Below are positions 19,527 through 29,949 of a stretch of DNA of 64,000 bases, piece after piece; position 1 is the first letter of the stretch; each line of letters begins with the position of its first letter. The notes below the pieces were generated by a model that saw nothing but the letters and a program-made list of their open reading frames with translations, was not told the DNA's origin and did no database searches. Position numbers and translations under genes: made by a program. This DNA is from Ostreococcus lucimarinus (taxonomy: Eukaryota), in the NCBI GenBank assembly GCA_000092065.1, contig CP000595.1; one strand, given 5' to 3'.

Positions 19527-22500
19527 CTACGCGATGGCGTCGTCGTCGTCGCGCGCGTTCAAGGCTTGCGCGATGAGACGCGCGTTTTCGGCGTTGTGAA
19601 TGGCGAGCGAACCGGTCGCCGGCGCGGCGCTCGGCGGGCGGCCGACGAATCGAACGCGTCTGTTTTCTTCGTCGACAGACGCGCGGACGCGGGTGGCGCG
19701 CTCGGTTGTGGCGATGCGCGGAGCGACGAAAGACCAGTAACCCATGTTTTTCGGCTCCTCTTGCGCCCAGACGAGATGGGCGTTGGGATAGCGCTGTAAT
19801 CGACGCGCCAGGGCGTCGTGAGGAAACGGGAACAGCTGCTCCAATCGAATGATGGCGACGTCGTCGATCTTCTTCGCCGCGCGTTGCCTGGCGAGCGAGT
19901 AATAAATCTTGCCCGTGCACAAAATCACGCGTTTGATCTCGCCGTTCGGTTTGAGCGGAATGTTTTCGTGACGCGTGACGTCGTCTCCCGCGTCGCCGTC
20001 GGCGATGACGCGCCGGAACGAAGACTTCGGCGCAAAGTCCATGAGCTTGGACGCGCAGTGCTTGTGATGCAGAAGCGTTTTGGGCGTGAGCACGACAAGT
20101 GGTTTTGAGTGCGGAGAGCTTATTTGCCGCCGAAGCGCGTGGAAGTATTGCGCCGGCGTCGATGGCTGCACCATCACGAAGTTGGCCTGCGCCATGACAG
20201 AGGCTCGCGCGCGGCGGCGCATGTAACGAATCCAGTCTCGCCTGTGCACCTTGCCGCTCGACCCGAAATACGCTTCGACGTCGTCCCACATCCCACTCTC
20301 TGCGGCATCAGCGCCGTTCGCATCTTGGCCTTGGCCGAACGTGTCCATCTTAGATTTACTCTCGGCGTCGTTTCGCGTCAAGATGGAGCGAATGTTTTCC
20401 AATTCCACGAAATCATTCTTGTCCGGCCCGAGCGCGTCGAATGTGCGTTGGGCGAACGCGAGATCGGCCGCGGCGTTCCCAGGGAGCGAGTCGCAGTCGT
20501 CGTTCGCCGCCGCGAGCCAACGTTCGGGGCGTGCTGTGGAGTGATCCGGGCCTTGACCCTCATACCCGTGCGGTAAGAGTAAAACGATGTCGCTTCGCTG
20601 ACCCCAACGTTCTTCGCCCGAGCAAATATATTGGTCGATGATGACCTGCGCGTTGTTTGCGAAGTCGCCAAACTGTGCTTCCCAAAGCACGAGCGCTTCT
20701 TTACCCATCTCGGATGCGAAACCGTACTCGAATCCCAACACCGCGTGTTCGCTCAGTGGGGAATTCGCAGCGGTGAATTTGTCTTGCGGACCCATGTTCA
20801 TATTGTCCAGCGGCACGTGTTCATGCGACGTGCGATTGCAATACACCGCGGCGTGACGTTGATTGAAGGTTCCTCGAACGCAATCTTGCCCACTCAGTCG
20901 AACGTGCGCGTGGGAGCCGATCGGGGGATCTTCGCCTTCGCCCGTCCACCACGGGACGTGATTTTCCCATCGCTTTTCGCATGGGTGCATGAGAAGCGAC
21001 GCAAAAGCGAGCGCTTCGGCGGTCGCCCAATCGATTTGCCCTGCACCTACCTGGACATCGGGCTCCATGGCGCGTCGACGCGCTTCGAACATCGCCTTGA
21101 CGTGTGGATGAAGCATAAAATCAGTGTCCTCGGGAGGCGTAGTGATGGAGTGGCAAATCTTCTGCAGCGCATCAATCGGCATCCCGGTGCCCGCCGCCGT
21201 CACGCGAGCTTCGCGACCGGATACGCCTGTAGAGACCGCTCGCGTCGACGCGAGCCACGATTCGGTAGTTCGAATGAAGTCTTGGTGCGTGGCACCTTCC
21301 GCGGCGAACTCCTTCTCCATCCCTCGACGCAAGTCGTCGAGCTCATCCTTGCTCAGGATGCCCTCCGCCACGCACGCGTTGGCGTAATTCTCCGCCACTC
21401 TCGGGGTGGCTTCAATTCTTCGAGACATGAGCGGAAGTGTGATGGATGGATCATCGAGCTCGTTGTGACCGAATCGACGGTAGCACACGTAGTTGACGAC
21501 GACGTCGGATTGAAATTCAGCTCGATAGTCCGCAGCCAAGCGCATGGCGGAGACGACGGCGTCAGGGTCGTCGCCGTTGACGTGAATGATCGGCGCGCCG
21601 TAGGCTTTCGCGACGTCACTCGGGTGTGGACTCGAGCGCGCGCGTCGAGGCACAGTGGTGAAACCGATCTGGTTGTTCACCACCACGTGCACCGTGCCCC
21701 CGGTGGTGTAATCGGGCAAGTCTTGCAACTGCATCACCTCGCCGTTTTGTCCGAGCCCACAAAATGACGCGTCGCCGTGCAACAGCAAGGGCAGAACGTG
21801 CGCCCGCGCGCTCGCACCTTCGGTTTGTGAATCACGCTTGAACTGTTTCGCGCGAACCACGCCGCTGACGACGGCGTTGACCATTTCCAAATGACTCGGA
21901 TTCGGCACCAGAGTCAGCGCCACTTGCTTTGCTCCTCGCTCGACGTCGACGTCCACAACGGCTCGCGCGCCGAGATGGTATCGAACGTCTCCGACTAGAA
22001 ATGATGACCTATCGTCTACGATTTCCGCGCATATCGCTCCCAAGGGTTTGCCGAACACGTTGTGTAACACGTTCAAACGCCCCCGATGCGCCATGCCTAG
22101 AACGACGCACCCCACGTCTCGCTCCGCGGAACGCTCGACGAACGCTTGTAAACCCGGCACCAAGCTCTCCGCGCCCTCCAACCCGAATCGCTTCGCCGAA
22201 GGGAACTTTTCCGCGAGAAACACCTCCAATCGATCCGCCGTCAACAACCGCTCGAGCGTTCGTCTTCGCTCCGTCGCCGAAGCTTCTCGAGGGCCGCACT
22301 CGACTTGTTCCCTCAACCATCGCTTTCTCTCCTTGCTCGTCAAATGATTACACTCCACGCTCATCGTGCCGCAATACACATCTCTCAACCTTTCGAATAA
22401 CTCATCGACGCGCCACGCCGTCTTCGCGCGCGCGCCGCTCGGATCCAGCGTCGCCGCGTCCTCGCCCAGATGAAACCTCTTCTCCGGCGCGCGACGCGCG

Positions 22501-22943
22501 CTCTCGCTCAGCCCCAAATACTCCCCCAAGCTCACCTTCGTCTTGCAGTCCTCCTTATAAAAGTGATCCGGGTACCCTTGCAACAGCGCGTGAATGTCTC
22601 GCGCGTCTTTCGGCGTCGTGGCCTCCATCGTCTCGTACCCTCGCACGATCGGCCCGAGCGAGCGCCCCAGCGGGTCCAACGCCGCCGTCAGGTGTCCCCG
22701 CGCTCGCACCGCCCGCGTGAGCTCCGTCAGCGCCAGCGCGTCCGTGACGTCGTCGAACCGATCGCCGTCGTCGTTCGCGCCCGTCGACGCCGTCGTCGAC
22801 GCCGTCGTGGACGACGCGCGACGCGCAATCACCGTCAACGTCGGCGGATTACCGTTACCGCGCGCACCCCTCGCGCCGGCGTCCGCGGCGCGCGCGCGGT
22901 CGAGCGCGCGCGCGAGCGCGCTCGTGGCTCTTCGCGTCGACAT
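19527..22943 (-). CDS. OGDH: 2-oxoglutarate dehydrogenase E1 component (mitochondrial)
   Basis: 1138 aa from the ATG at 22943 (MSTRRATSALARAL..., presequence-like). Conserved OGDH N-terminal domain, ThDP/transketolase-like domains (HGDASFCGLG, LLLPHGYEGQGPDHSTARPERW) and C-terminal domain. Confidence 0.9.
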   Translation of the reverse strand: MSTRRATSALARALDRARAADAGARGARGNGNPPTLTVIARRASSTTASTTASTGANDDGDRFDDVTDALALTELTRAVRARGHLTAALDPLGRSLGPIVRGYETMEATTPKDARDIHALLQGYPDHFYKEDCKTKVSLGEYLGLSESARRAPEKRFHLGEDAATLDPSGARAKTAWRVDELFERLRDVYCGTMSVECNHLTSKERKRWLREQVECGPREASATERRRTLERLLTADRLEVFLAEKFPSAKRFGLEGAESLVPGLQAFVERSAERDVGCVVLGMAHRGRLNVLHNVFGKPLGAICAEIVDDRSSFLVGDVRYHLGARAVVDVDVERGAKQVALTLVPNPSHLEMVNAVVSGVVRAKQFKRDSQTEGASARAHVLPLLLHGDASFCGLGQNGEVMQLQDLPDYTTGGTVHVVVNNQIGFTTVPRRARSSPHPSDVAKAYGAPIIHVNGDDPDAVVSAMRLAADYRAEFQSDVVVNYVCYRRFGHNELDDPSITLPLMSRRIEATPRVAENYANACVAEGILSKDELDDLRRGMEKEFAAEGATHQDFIRTTESWLASTRAVSTGVSGREARVTAAGTGMPIDALQKICHSITTPPEDTDFMLHPHVKAMFEARRRAMEPDVQVGAGQIDWATAEALAFASLLMHPCEKRWENHVPWWTGEGEDPPIGSHAHVRLSGQDCVRGTFNQRHAAVYCNRTSHEHVPLDNMNMGPQDKFTAANSPLSEHAVLGFEYGFASEMGKEALVLWEAQFGDFANNAQVIIDQYICSGEERWGQRSDIVLLLPHGYEGQGPDHSTARPERWLAAANDDCDSLPGNAAADLAFAQRTFDALGPDKNDFVELENIRSILTRNDAESKSKMDTFGQGQDANGADAAESGMWDDVEAYFGSSGKVHRRDWIRYMRRRARASVMAQANFVMVQPSTPAQYFHALRRQISSPHSKPLVVLTPKTLLHHKHCASKLMDFAPKSSFRRVIADGDAGDDVTRHENIPLKPNGEIKRVILCTGKIYYSLARQRAAKKIDDVAIIRLEQLFPFPHDALARRLQRYPNAHLVWAQEEPKNMGYWSFVAPRIATTERATRVRASVDEENRRVRFVGRPPSAAPATGSLAIHNAENARLIAQALNARDDDDAIA

Positions 22944-23440
22944 GCGCGCGGCGCTCGCGGCGACGAGGACGCGAGCGACGCGTCGTCGTGTGCGGATGCG
23001 ATTCGTTCGTGAATCCTCAGTCGACGACGCGATGTCGGACGCGCGACCGCCGCGCGCGCCGCGCGAGGACGCGCGCGCGGCGACGCCGGAGCACGTCGTC
23101 GTCGACGGCGCGCAGTGCGAGGCCGTGATCGCGCGATTGGCGCACGAACCGTCGCTGGGACACGCGTACGTGGTGTCGCACGCGAAATCCCGCGCGGCGT
23201 TCTTCGCGCGCGAGGCGCGCGCGATGGACGCGCACGCGTCGGGGACGTGCGCGAGGATGGCGAGCGACGCGACGAGCGCGATGGAGACGATCGGGGCGGT
23301 GGCGAGGGTGGATTTTGATGGGGTGATGGAGAAGATGGATCGGTGCGCGGCGGCGTTGGAGGCGTTGGCGAAGCCGTCGTAGATAGATTCGTTGCGTAGC
23401 GTAGCGTAGCGTAGATTATCGTTGATTTCGTCATTGTCTT

Positions 23441-24439
23441 TCATTTCGTGGCGTACAGCGCGATCATTCTCGAGAATCGCGCGCGCGATGTCATCGGTTT
23501 GAGGTCGGCGTCGAACAGAATCCATCGTATCACGTCTTCTGGCAAGTCAAGTTCGGGCCAAGCGCGAAGGAAGTGATTCACCGCAGGCGTGAGCTCGCGC
23601 AGCGACACGTACCCGTCACGTTGACGCGACAATGCGATTTGGACAATCAAATCTGTCGTACAGGCGCATATTCGTTGCCAACCGACGACGTATCGCGCCG
23701 ATTCCGGCGCGCTGTGATCTTGCGCGTACTTCAAACACCCCAAACGTCCAGTATAGGCGGCACATGCGCACGTCTCCTCGTTCCAAGGACACCCGTGCTC
23801 GTGCGCGTACTTCAAACACTCCAAATGTCCATGCATGGCGGCAAATGAGCACGTCCACTCGTCCCAAGGACACCCGTGCTCGTGCGCGTACTTCAAACAC
23901 TCCAAATGTCCACTATAGGCGGCACACCGGCACGTCCCCTCGTCCCAAGGACACCCGTGCTCGTGCGCGTACTTCAAACACTCCAACTCTCCATACTTGG
24001 CGGCAAACTGGCACGTGTACGCGTCCCACTCGTGCCCGCACTCGCGCGCCATCCGCACGAGTTCCAAGTCTCCCAGAAACGCCGCGCACGCCGTCACGCA
24101 CGCCCCGTGGCCTCCCCCCAGCGACTCGTCCTCGAGCGCGCGCAGCGCGTCGTCTATCGCACGCGCCGTGAACCAACCGACGCTCCCTCTCGCCGACAGC
24201 AATCGCGGTCGCAACCGCCGTCGCAACCGTCGCCTCGCGCGCGCCATCCTGTCGATATCGACCGCCTCGACGGCGACCTCAACCGTCGCGATCGATCGAC
24301 CGATCGGTCCGTGTTGTAACCCTCGATCGCGACACCCGCGCGCGCGTCGGCGTCCGCCTTTCCGCGCCGCGACGCACGCGCACGATGTCCAAGAGAGGTG
24401 CGCCGACGACGACGCGACGCGCGCGCGCGCGAACGCCAT
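23441..24439 (-). CDS. Ankyrin-repeat protein with four near-identical 33-aa repeats
   Basis: Repeats GHLECLKYAHEHGCPWDE.TC..AA fit the ANK consensus. The likely real start is an internal Met (MARARRRL..., about 24247). Confidence 0.6.
   Translation of the reverse strand: MAFARARVASSSAHLSWTSCACVAARKGGRRRARGCRDRGLQHGPIGRSIATVEVAVEAVDIDRMARARRRLRRRLRPRLLSARGSVGWFTARAIDDALRALEDESLGGGHGACVTACAAFLGDLELVRMARECGHEWDAYTCQFAAKYGELECLKYAHEHGCPWDEGTCRCAAYSGHLECLKYAHEHGCPWDEWTCSFAAMHGHLECLKYAHEHGCPWNEETCACAAYTGRLGCLKYAQDHSAPESARYVVGWQRICACTTDLIVQIALSRQRDGYVSLRELTPAVNHFLRAWPELDLPEDVIRWILFDADLKPMTSRARFSRMIALYATK
23660..24060. repeat. 99-bp tandem repeats (4 copies) encoding the ankyrin repeats
   Basis: Several reading frames on both strands give repeated identical peptides (for example FEVRARARVSLGRVDV...), so the copies are near-identical at the nucleotide level. 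Confidence 0.8.
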
Positions 24440-24999
24440 CGATCGATCGATCGACCCGCGCGACGCGCGACGCCGCGCGACGCGCGCGCTCGAACATCGA
24501 CGCGCGCGCGATCGCGCTAGGGCTTTGACGCGCGCGACGCGAACGATGGACGACTGACGCGATGGACGCGCGCTTCGACGACGCGACAGGCGGCGGTAAT
24601 GCCTCCGGCACGAAATACAAAATGTCCTACGGCGTCCCCGTCGGCGCGGTGGTGAACTGCGCGGACAACACCGGGGCGAAGAACTTGTATTTGATCGCCG
24701 TGAAGCGATGGGGCTCGCGACAAAACCGCTTGCCGGCGGCGAACCCCGGTTCGATGGTCATGGCGACGGTGAAGAAGGGGAAGCCGGATTTGCGTAAAAA
24801 GGTTTTCCCGGCCATCATCGTGCGTCAGCGCAAGCCGATTCGACGCAAGGAAGGGTTGATCATTTACTTTGAGGACAACGCGGGGGTGATTTGCAACCCG
24901 AAGGGCGAGATGAAGGGGAGCGCCATCGCGGGGCCGGTGGCGAAGGAGTGCGCCGATCTCTGGCCGCGTGTGGCCAGCGCGGCGAGCTCTATCATCTAG
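24385..24999 (+). CDS. RPL23: 60S ribosomal protein L23 (uL14), two exons: 24385..24397 and 24590..24999. Intron 24398..24589.
   Basis: Exon 1 ATGTCCAAGAGAG|GTGCGCC encodes MSKR(G). After the acag acceptor, exon 2 continues [33 protein letters not shown]...[13 protein letters not shown], co-linear with eukaryotic RPL23 (MSKRGRGG...). Frames anchored to the ORF track. Confidence 0.85.
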
Positions 25000-25086
25000 A
25001 TCTCGACGCGATCGAGATCGAGAGAGAATCGCGCGGTTTGAAGTAGAAGTAGACTCGCCCGGTTTCATTCAATAGCCAAGGAGGTT

Positions 25087-26082
25087 TTGCCCAAACTTTC
25101 GCGGCGCGCGCGCGCGGTTTGTGTGTTTGCGTTCGTCGTCACGTCGCGGCGCGCGAATCGCGATGCGCGCCTCGATCGCGCGCGCGTGACGCTCGCGTCT
25201 ACATCGCAGGACTCGCTCGCGCGAGCGCGCGGCATGCGCGCCGTCGACCTTTCGTTCGTCGTCCAACCGACACTAAAAAGTGCACCGCGGCTGCGGGCGA
25301 CGTCCGAGCGCTGGCGGCGCGCGCGCGCGCGCGCGTCGCCGCGAGAAGGCGCCGCGTCATCGTCGTCATCGACTGATTCGTGCGTCACGACGCGCGATCT
25401 CGTGGATACGTCGCTGAAGTTTGCCTACGCGTGGGCGGCGTTCGGTTACGTCGTCCCGAGCGCGGCGCTCGCGGCGATGGTCGACGCGGACGATCTCGGC
25501 GCGAGCTTAGCGGTCGTGCAGCTTTCGTGCGAGAGCGCGAAAGCCGCGGCGACGGTGCGGGTGCTGGACGAGATAGATCGGGGCGTGGGAAGTCTGAGCT
25601 CGAGCGACGACGACGGTTTCGTCGCGCGCGGCGCGGCGTTCGGCGGCGTCGCCGTCGTCCTCGCGCGCGCCGTCGATGGATTAGTTTCGACGACGTCGAC
25701 CGTGGACGCCGTCGCGGCTGCCGACGCACCGACATCGCTCATCGCGCACGCGGGTCCGTTCGCTGCGTCGTGCGCCGTCGTCGCGTCGTGCGTCGTCGCT
25801 CCCGCGCTCGAAGAGCTGTTCTTTAGAGGGTTCCTCTGCGAGGACATTCGTCGACGCACGTCCAACGCCGCGCTCGCGATCGGCGTTTCTTCGGCCATCT
25901 TCGCGCTCGCGCACTTTTCTTTGCCAGACGTCCCATCGCTGTTCGCGTGCGGCGTCGTCTTCGCGCTCGCGAGTCAAAGTCGCGGAGGCGTTCGCTCCGC
26001 CTTCGTCGCGCACGCGCTGTTCAACTCCAGCGTCCTCATCGAGCGCGCCGCGGTCGCGCGCGCCATCGTCGACGCATCATAG
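25087..26082 (+). CDS. CPBP-family (CAAX protease-like) intramembrane metalloprotease
   Basis: EELFFRGFL motif and a later FALAH...HALFN pair typical of Abi/CPBP proteases. Multiple hydrophobic helices. True start may be an internal Met. Confidence 0.55.
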   Translation: MPKLSRRARAVCVFAFVVTSRRANRDARLDRARVTLASTSQDSLARARGMRAVDLSFVVQPTLKSAPRLRATSERWRRARARASPREGAASSSSSTDSCVTTRDLVDTSLKFAYAWAAFGYVVPSAALAAMVDADDLGASLAVVQLSCESAKAAATVRVLDEIDRGVGSLSSSDDDGFVARGAAFGGVAVVLARAVDGLVSTTSTVDAVAAADAPTSLIAHAGPFAASCAVVASCVVAPALEELFFRGFLCEDIRRRTSNAALAIGVSSAIFALAHFSLPDVPSLFACGVVFALASQSRGGVRSAFVAHALFNSSVLIERAAVARAIVDAS

Positions 26083-26167
26083 CTCGCGCGGGCGTCTGAG
26101 CGCGCCTCTCATCGTACAGTGCTGTGGTATTCATTCCATTCTAGTTTGCTACTTGCCCTCGCCGCGT

Positions 26168-26599
26168 CTAGTCCTTGATCCGCTCCAGCTCCGCCAATCG
26201 CTCCATGATCGCCCGCTTACTCGTATCCTGCACCTCCCCTCCCAATAAAAACTCATCCACGAGCAAGTACACCTTCTGGAAGTTGAACACCAGATCGAGT
26301 TCGCACACGTTGGCGAAGAAGTGATCCAGCATCTCCACGAATAAGTGAATCGATTCCAAGTGCGTCAGCTCGTTGTCGTTCAGGTCCACGCACAGCGAGA
26401 AGAACAACCCGGCGTAGCGTCTGTATATCACTTTATAGTTGCGAAACTCCACGAAGTTCGTGTGCTTCGGGTCGCGGTTGACGACGAGGCGGTGGACTTC
26501 GGATTCTAATTTTCGCTTTTCATCGTCGGCGAACGGGACGTAATACTTGGCCAAGCGCGTCTTGCCTTGACGGTTTTGGAGCAGGATGAAGCGTATCAT
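26168..26599 (-). CDS. APS: Clathrin adaptor complex small (sigma) subunit, AP-2/AP-1 sigma family
   Basis: 143 aa [20 protein letters not shown]...[19 protein letters not shown]...[10 protein letters not shown], nearly co-linear with AP2S1. Confidence 0.9.
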   Translation of the reverse strand: MIRFILLQNRQGKTRLAKYYVPFADDEKRKLESEVHRLVVNRDPKHTNFVEFRNYKVIYRRYAGLFFSLCVDLNDNELTHLESIHLFVEMLDHFFANVCELDLVFNFQKVYLLVDEFLLGGEVQDTSKRAIMERLAELERIKD

Positions 26600-26760
26600 C
26601 GATCGGTTTCGACGTCGGGCGGTGCGTGACGCGCGCGGTGGCGACGCGCGCGCGCGTGTGCGGACCGCGAAGGATGACTGAGGACCTGGGCCGTCTCGAG
26701 GCGTCGCGGCTTTGTACGAGGTGCAAGATTTCTGATTTAAAATTATTAATTGTGCTTGAT

Positions 26761-28479
26761 TTATTCGGGAACGATGATGACTTTAAGCACGGCCTCGCCC
26801 ATGATGCGATGGACGCCGACGATGGCGTCGCCCGGTTTCACTAAACCTAAAATGTCGCGGCAGTGTACGATGGCGTTGCGCATGACTTCTTGCGGGTGGC
26901 CGCTCTCGCCGCGCCACGCCGGGTTCTCCAAGAGAGGTACGAGGCCGCGCGTGATGAGCGAGCGGTGCACGACGTCAAGAGCGCGACCTTGGTGATCGGG
27001 CTCTTCGATGCAAACGTTCACGATGCGAGTCTCGGGTCGATACTTGGCGATCATTTGCGCCGTGTGACCGGTGCGAGACAACGTAACGATGAGCGCGGCG
27101 TTCACCTTTTGCGCGGTACGAACGGCGGACGAAGCCAAGGCTTCGGTGATGCCGAGCGGGATCACTTGCTGCTCGAGAATTTGGAAATAGCTCGCGACGT
27201 CATCGACGTACGCTTCGGCTTCGCGACAGATGGACGCCATGCACTTGACCGCGTCTATGGCGTAGTTGCCCGCGGCGGTTTCCCCGGAGAGCATCACGGC
27301 GTCGGTACCGTCGAGAATAGCGTTGGCCACGTCCGTGGCCTCCGCGCGCGTCGGGCGCGGGGCACCCGTCATGGATTCCAACATTTGCGTCGCCGTCACG
27401 ACGGGCTTACCCGCCAAGTTGCACCGCTTGATCATGCGCTTTTGCGCCAAGAATATTTGTTCCATGCGAATCTCCATACCCAAGTCGCCGCGAGCGACCA
27501 TGACGCCGTCGGACTTTTCGACGATGTCGTTAAAGTTATCTAAGCCCTCCATGTTCTCAACCTTGGAGATGATGGAAACTTTATTCGCGAAGTCGCCGAG
27601 AACGGAGCGAATGTACTCGACGTCGCTTCCCTTGCGAACGAACGAGGCGGCGATGAAGTCGACGTTGTTCTTCACCCCCCACTCGATCAAATCGTGGCGA
27701 TCCTTCTCGGTGATCGTGGGCAAGTTCACGTTGACGCCCGGCAAGTTCATGTTCTTGCGCTCGCCGAGCTTGGCGCTGTTTTCGAGGCGGCATCGCACCT
27801 CGCCCTTGGCGACGTCGCACTCGAGCACGGTGAAGGTGACGGAACCGTCGGCGCACAAAATCTTCGAACCGGGCTTGACGTCCTTGGCCAAGTCCGGATA
27901 CGACACCGCGAGCTTTTCCGCGCTACCCTTGAACTCGTAGTCCGTGGTGAGCACGATCTCCTTCCCCGCTTCGAGCATCACCGGTCCCCCGCACGCGAGC
28001 ATCCCGGTGCGAATCTCCGGCCCCTTGGTATCGAGCAGCACCCCGCAATCGACGCCCGTGTTCGCGCACGCCGCGCGCAAATTATCCAACGTCTCCTGGT
28101 GATACTCGTGCGAGCCGTGCGAAAAGTTGAACCGCGCGACCGACATCCCCGCCCTCAACATTTCCTCCAAAATCTCCACCGTTCGCGACACCGGTCCGAG
28201 CGTGCAGATGATCTTCGACTTGAACCCAATCCTCTGCGAGTCTTTCGCCCGAAACGCCGCCTCGCTGTCGTTAAACGCATAGTCCTCGCTCGCCTCCCCC
28301 CCGTTCTCCAGCACGTGCGCCGCGCGCCAATCCCCGACCGATCCTTTGCTCGCCAGCGCGCTCAGCGCTCGCTGGCTCGACAGCCCCGCCAAGGCCACCG
28401 TCCGCCGTCGTTTCTCGTCCCCTCGCGCGTCATCGTGCACGATGGGATCCACGCTCGAGTTTCGCGCGTTCAGTCCCAT
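26761..28479 (-). CDS. PK: Pyruvate kinase (paralog B)
   Basis: ATG at 28479 ([11 protein letters not shown]...) inside a longer track ORF. Central ~330 aa are nearly identical to paralog A. N-terminal extension and C-terminal domain are diverged (about 60% identical). Confidence 0.9.
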   Translation of the reverse strand: MGLNARNSSVDPIVHDDARGDEKRRRTVALAGLSSQRALSALASKGSVGDWRAAHVLENGGEASEDYAFNDSEAAFRAKDSQRIGFKSKIICTLGPVSRTVEILEEMLRAGMSVARFNFSHGSHEYHQETLDNLRAACANTGVDCGVLLDTKGPEIRTGMLACGGPVMLEAGKEIVLTTDYEFKGSAEKLAVSYPDLAKDVKPGSKILCADGSVTFTVLECDVAKGEVRCRLENSAKLGERKNMNLPGVNVNLPTITEKDRHDLIEWGVKNNVDFIAASFVRKGSDVEYIRSVLGDFANKVSIISKVENMEGLDNFNDIVEKSDGVMVARGDLGMEIRMEQIFLAQKRMIKRCNLAGKPVVTATQMLESMTGAPRPTRAEATDVANAILDGTDAVMLSGETAAGNYAIDAVKCMASICREAEAYVDDVASYFQILEQQVIPLGITEALASSAVRTAQKVNAALIVTLSRTGHTAQMIAKYRPETRIVNVCIEEPDHQGRALDVVHRSLITRGLVPLLENPAWRGESGHPQEVMRNAIVHCRDILGLVKPGDAIVGVHRIMGEAVLKVIIVPE

Positions 28480-28744
28480 CTCGATCGCCCTCTCGCGCGT
28501 CCCGTCGCCCTCGCCGCGCCGACGTTCGATTCCAAATTCCGAATGCGCCACCGATCGATCCGGCGGCGGCGAACGATCGCGCGTCTCTCGCGCGTCTCTC
28601 GCCTCGTCTCGCCCCCGCGCGCGCTCGGTTCGCTCGATCGACGCCTCGCGCGCGTTCGCTCGCGTCCGGGCTCGCGCGCCGCGGTCGCGCGCGTCGTCGT
28701 GTCGCGTCTGTGCGCGAACACACCCGGGATCGCCGCGTCGGCGC

Positions 28745-28870
28745 GCGCGATCGATCGCGCGCGCGCGCGACGCCGCGATCGTCGCGCGAGGTTCGACGCG
28801 CGCGCGTCGACCCTCGACCGTCGATCGATCGATCGCTCGAGCGATCGATCGATCGATCGCGCGCGCGCGC
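28745..28870. promoter_or_regulatory. CGATCG-repeat palindrome in the divergent PK-B/DapB intergenic region
   Basis: gtcgatcgatcgatcgCTCGAGcgatcgatcgatcgatcgc is a near-perfect inverted repeat centred on CTCGAG, between the divergent starts at 28479 (-) and 28913 (+). Confidence 0.4.
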
Positions 28871-28912
28871 GGCGCCGCACACGACGACGGGCGACGCGCG
28901 CGCGCGCGCGCG

Positions 28913-29902
28913 ATGCGCGGCGCGGCGCTCGAGCGCGCGTCCGCGGCGCGCGGCGCGGGACGACGCGCGATCGCGCGCGCGCGGGGCGACGGCGGCGCGA
29001 TGCGCGCGCGCGGGCGCGCGATCGTCGCGACGCGCGCGAGCGCGGACGGCGCGACGACGCGCGTGATGGTGAACGGGGTGAGCGGAAAGATGGGACACGC
29101 GACGGCGTGCGGCGTGGTCAAGCGCGCGGGGTTCGAGCTGGTGCCGTACGCGCTGACGAAGCGGGCGACGGCGGCGACGACGGATGTGCTGGGGACGGAG
29201 GTGCGAGGCGTGGACGTCGGCGAGGAGGACGCGGGAGAGACGCTGGAACGCGCGAAACGGGAGTATCCGGGGTTCATCGTGGTGGATTACACGCAACCGG
29301 ACAGCGTGAACTCGAACGCGGCGCTGTACGTGAAGCACGGGGTGCCGTTCGTGATGGGGACGACGGGGGGTGACCGCGAACGCATGCTCCGAGAGGTGAA
29401 GGAGAGCGGAAATTACGCCGTGATCGCGCCGCAGATGGGGAAGCAGGTGGTGGCGTTTCAAGCGGCGATGAAATTGATGGCCGAACAGTTTCCCGGCGCG
29501 TTCGAGGGGTACACGCTGACGGTGACGGAATCGCACCAGAGTAGTAAAAAGGATACGAGCGGCACGGCGAAAGCCATCGTGGCGTCGTTCAACGATCTCG
29601 GGTGTGGGTTCGATTTGAACGATATCGAGCTCGTGCGCGACGTGGAGAGCCAAACGGGGAAGATGGGCGTGCCCGAAGAACACTTGTTGGGGCACGCGTT
29701 TCACACCTATCGCCTGACGAGCGCGGACGGCACGGTTTCGTTTGAGTTTCAGCACAACGTGTGCGGACGAAGCATTTACGCCGAAGGTACGGTCGACGCG
29801 GTGGGGTTCTTAAAGCGCAAGGTGGACGCGAAGGATCCAAAAACGTTGTACGACATGATCGACGTCTTGAAAGAGGGCGCTATGGGGGAGTGGGTCAAGT
29901 GA
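28913..29902 (+). CDS. DAPB: 4-hydroxy-tetrahydrodipicolinate reductase (DapB, plant/plastid type)
   Basis: VNGVSGKMGHATACGVVKRAGFELVPYALT... plus a conserved C-terminal domain. Preceded by an Arg/Ala-rich transit-like region. Start at 28913 or 29000. Confidence 0.75.
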   Translation: MRGAALERASAARGAGRRAIARARGDGGAMRARGRAIVATRASADGATTRVMVNGVSGKMGHATACGVVKRAGFELVPYALTKRATAATTDVLGTEVRGVDVGEEDAGETLERAKREYPGFIVVDYTQPDSVNSNAALYVKHGVPFVMGTTGGDRERMLREVKESGNYAVIAPQMGKQVVAFQAAMKLMAEQFPGAFEGYTLTVTESHQSSKKDTSGTAKAIVASFNDLGCGFDLNDIELVRDVESQTGKMGVPEEHLLGHAFHTYRLTSADGTVSFEFQHNVCGRSIYAEGTVDAVGFLKRKVDAKDPKTLYDMIDVLKEGAMGEWVK

Positions 29903-29949
29903 GCGCCGCGCAGAACAAAATCTAATAAAGAAACAAACGTCATCTACTA

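Noticed and set aside
19159-20289. Long arginine/alanine-rich ORFs on the strand opposite to real genes (for example 19159-20289, 8278-9585, 47234-49264, 14545-15114, 41409-42302)
   Set aside because: These are artefacts of 65% GC sequence with CGC/GCG-rich codons, which removes stop codons in antisense frames. Their composition is extreme (R/A/P-rich), they overlap well-supported genes on the other strand, and they have no domain content.
23017-23400. Plus-strand ORF MRFVRESSVDDAMSDARPPR...AALEALAKPS upstream of and divergent from the OGDH gene
   Set aside because: It could be a small real gene. But it lies in the GC-rich upstream region of OGDH, has no recognisable domain, and is partly overlapped by the OGDH track ORF extension. 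Evidence is insufficient to report it as a feature.
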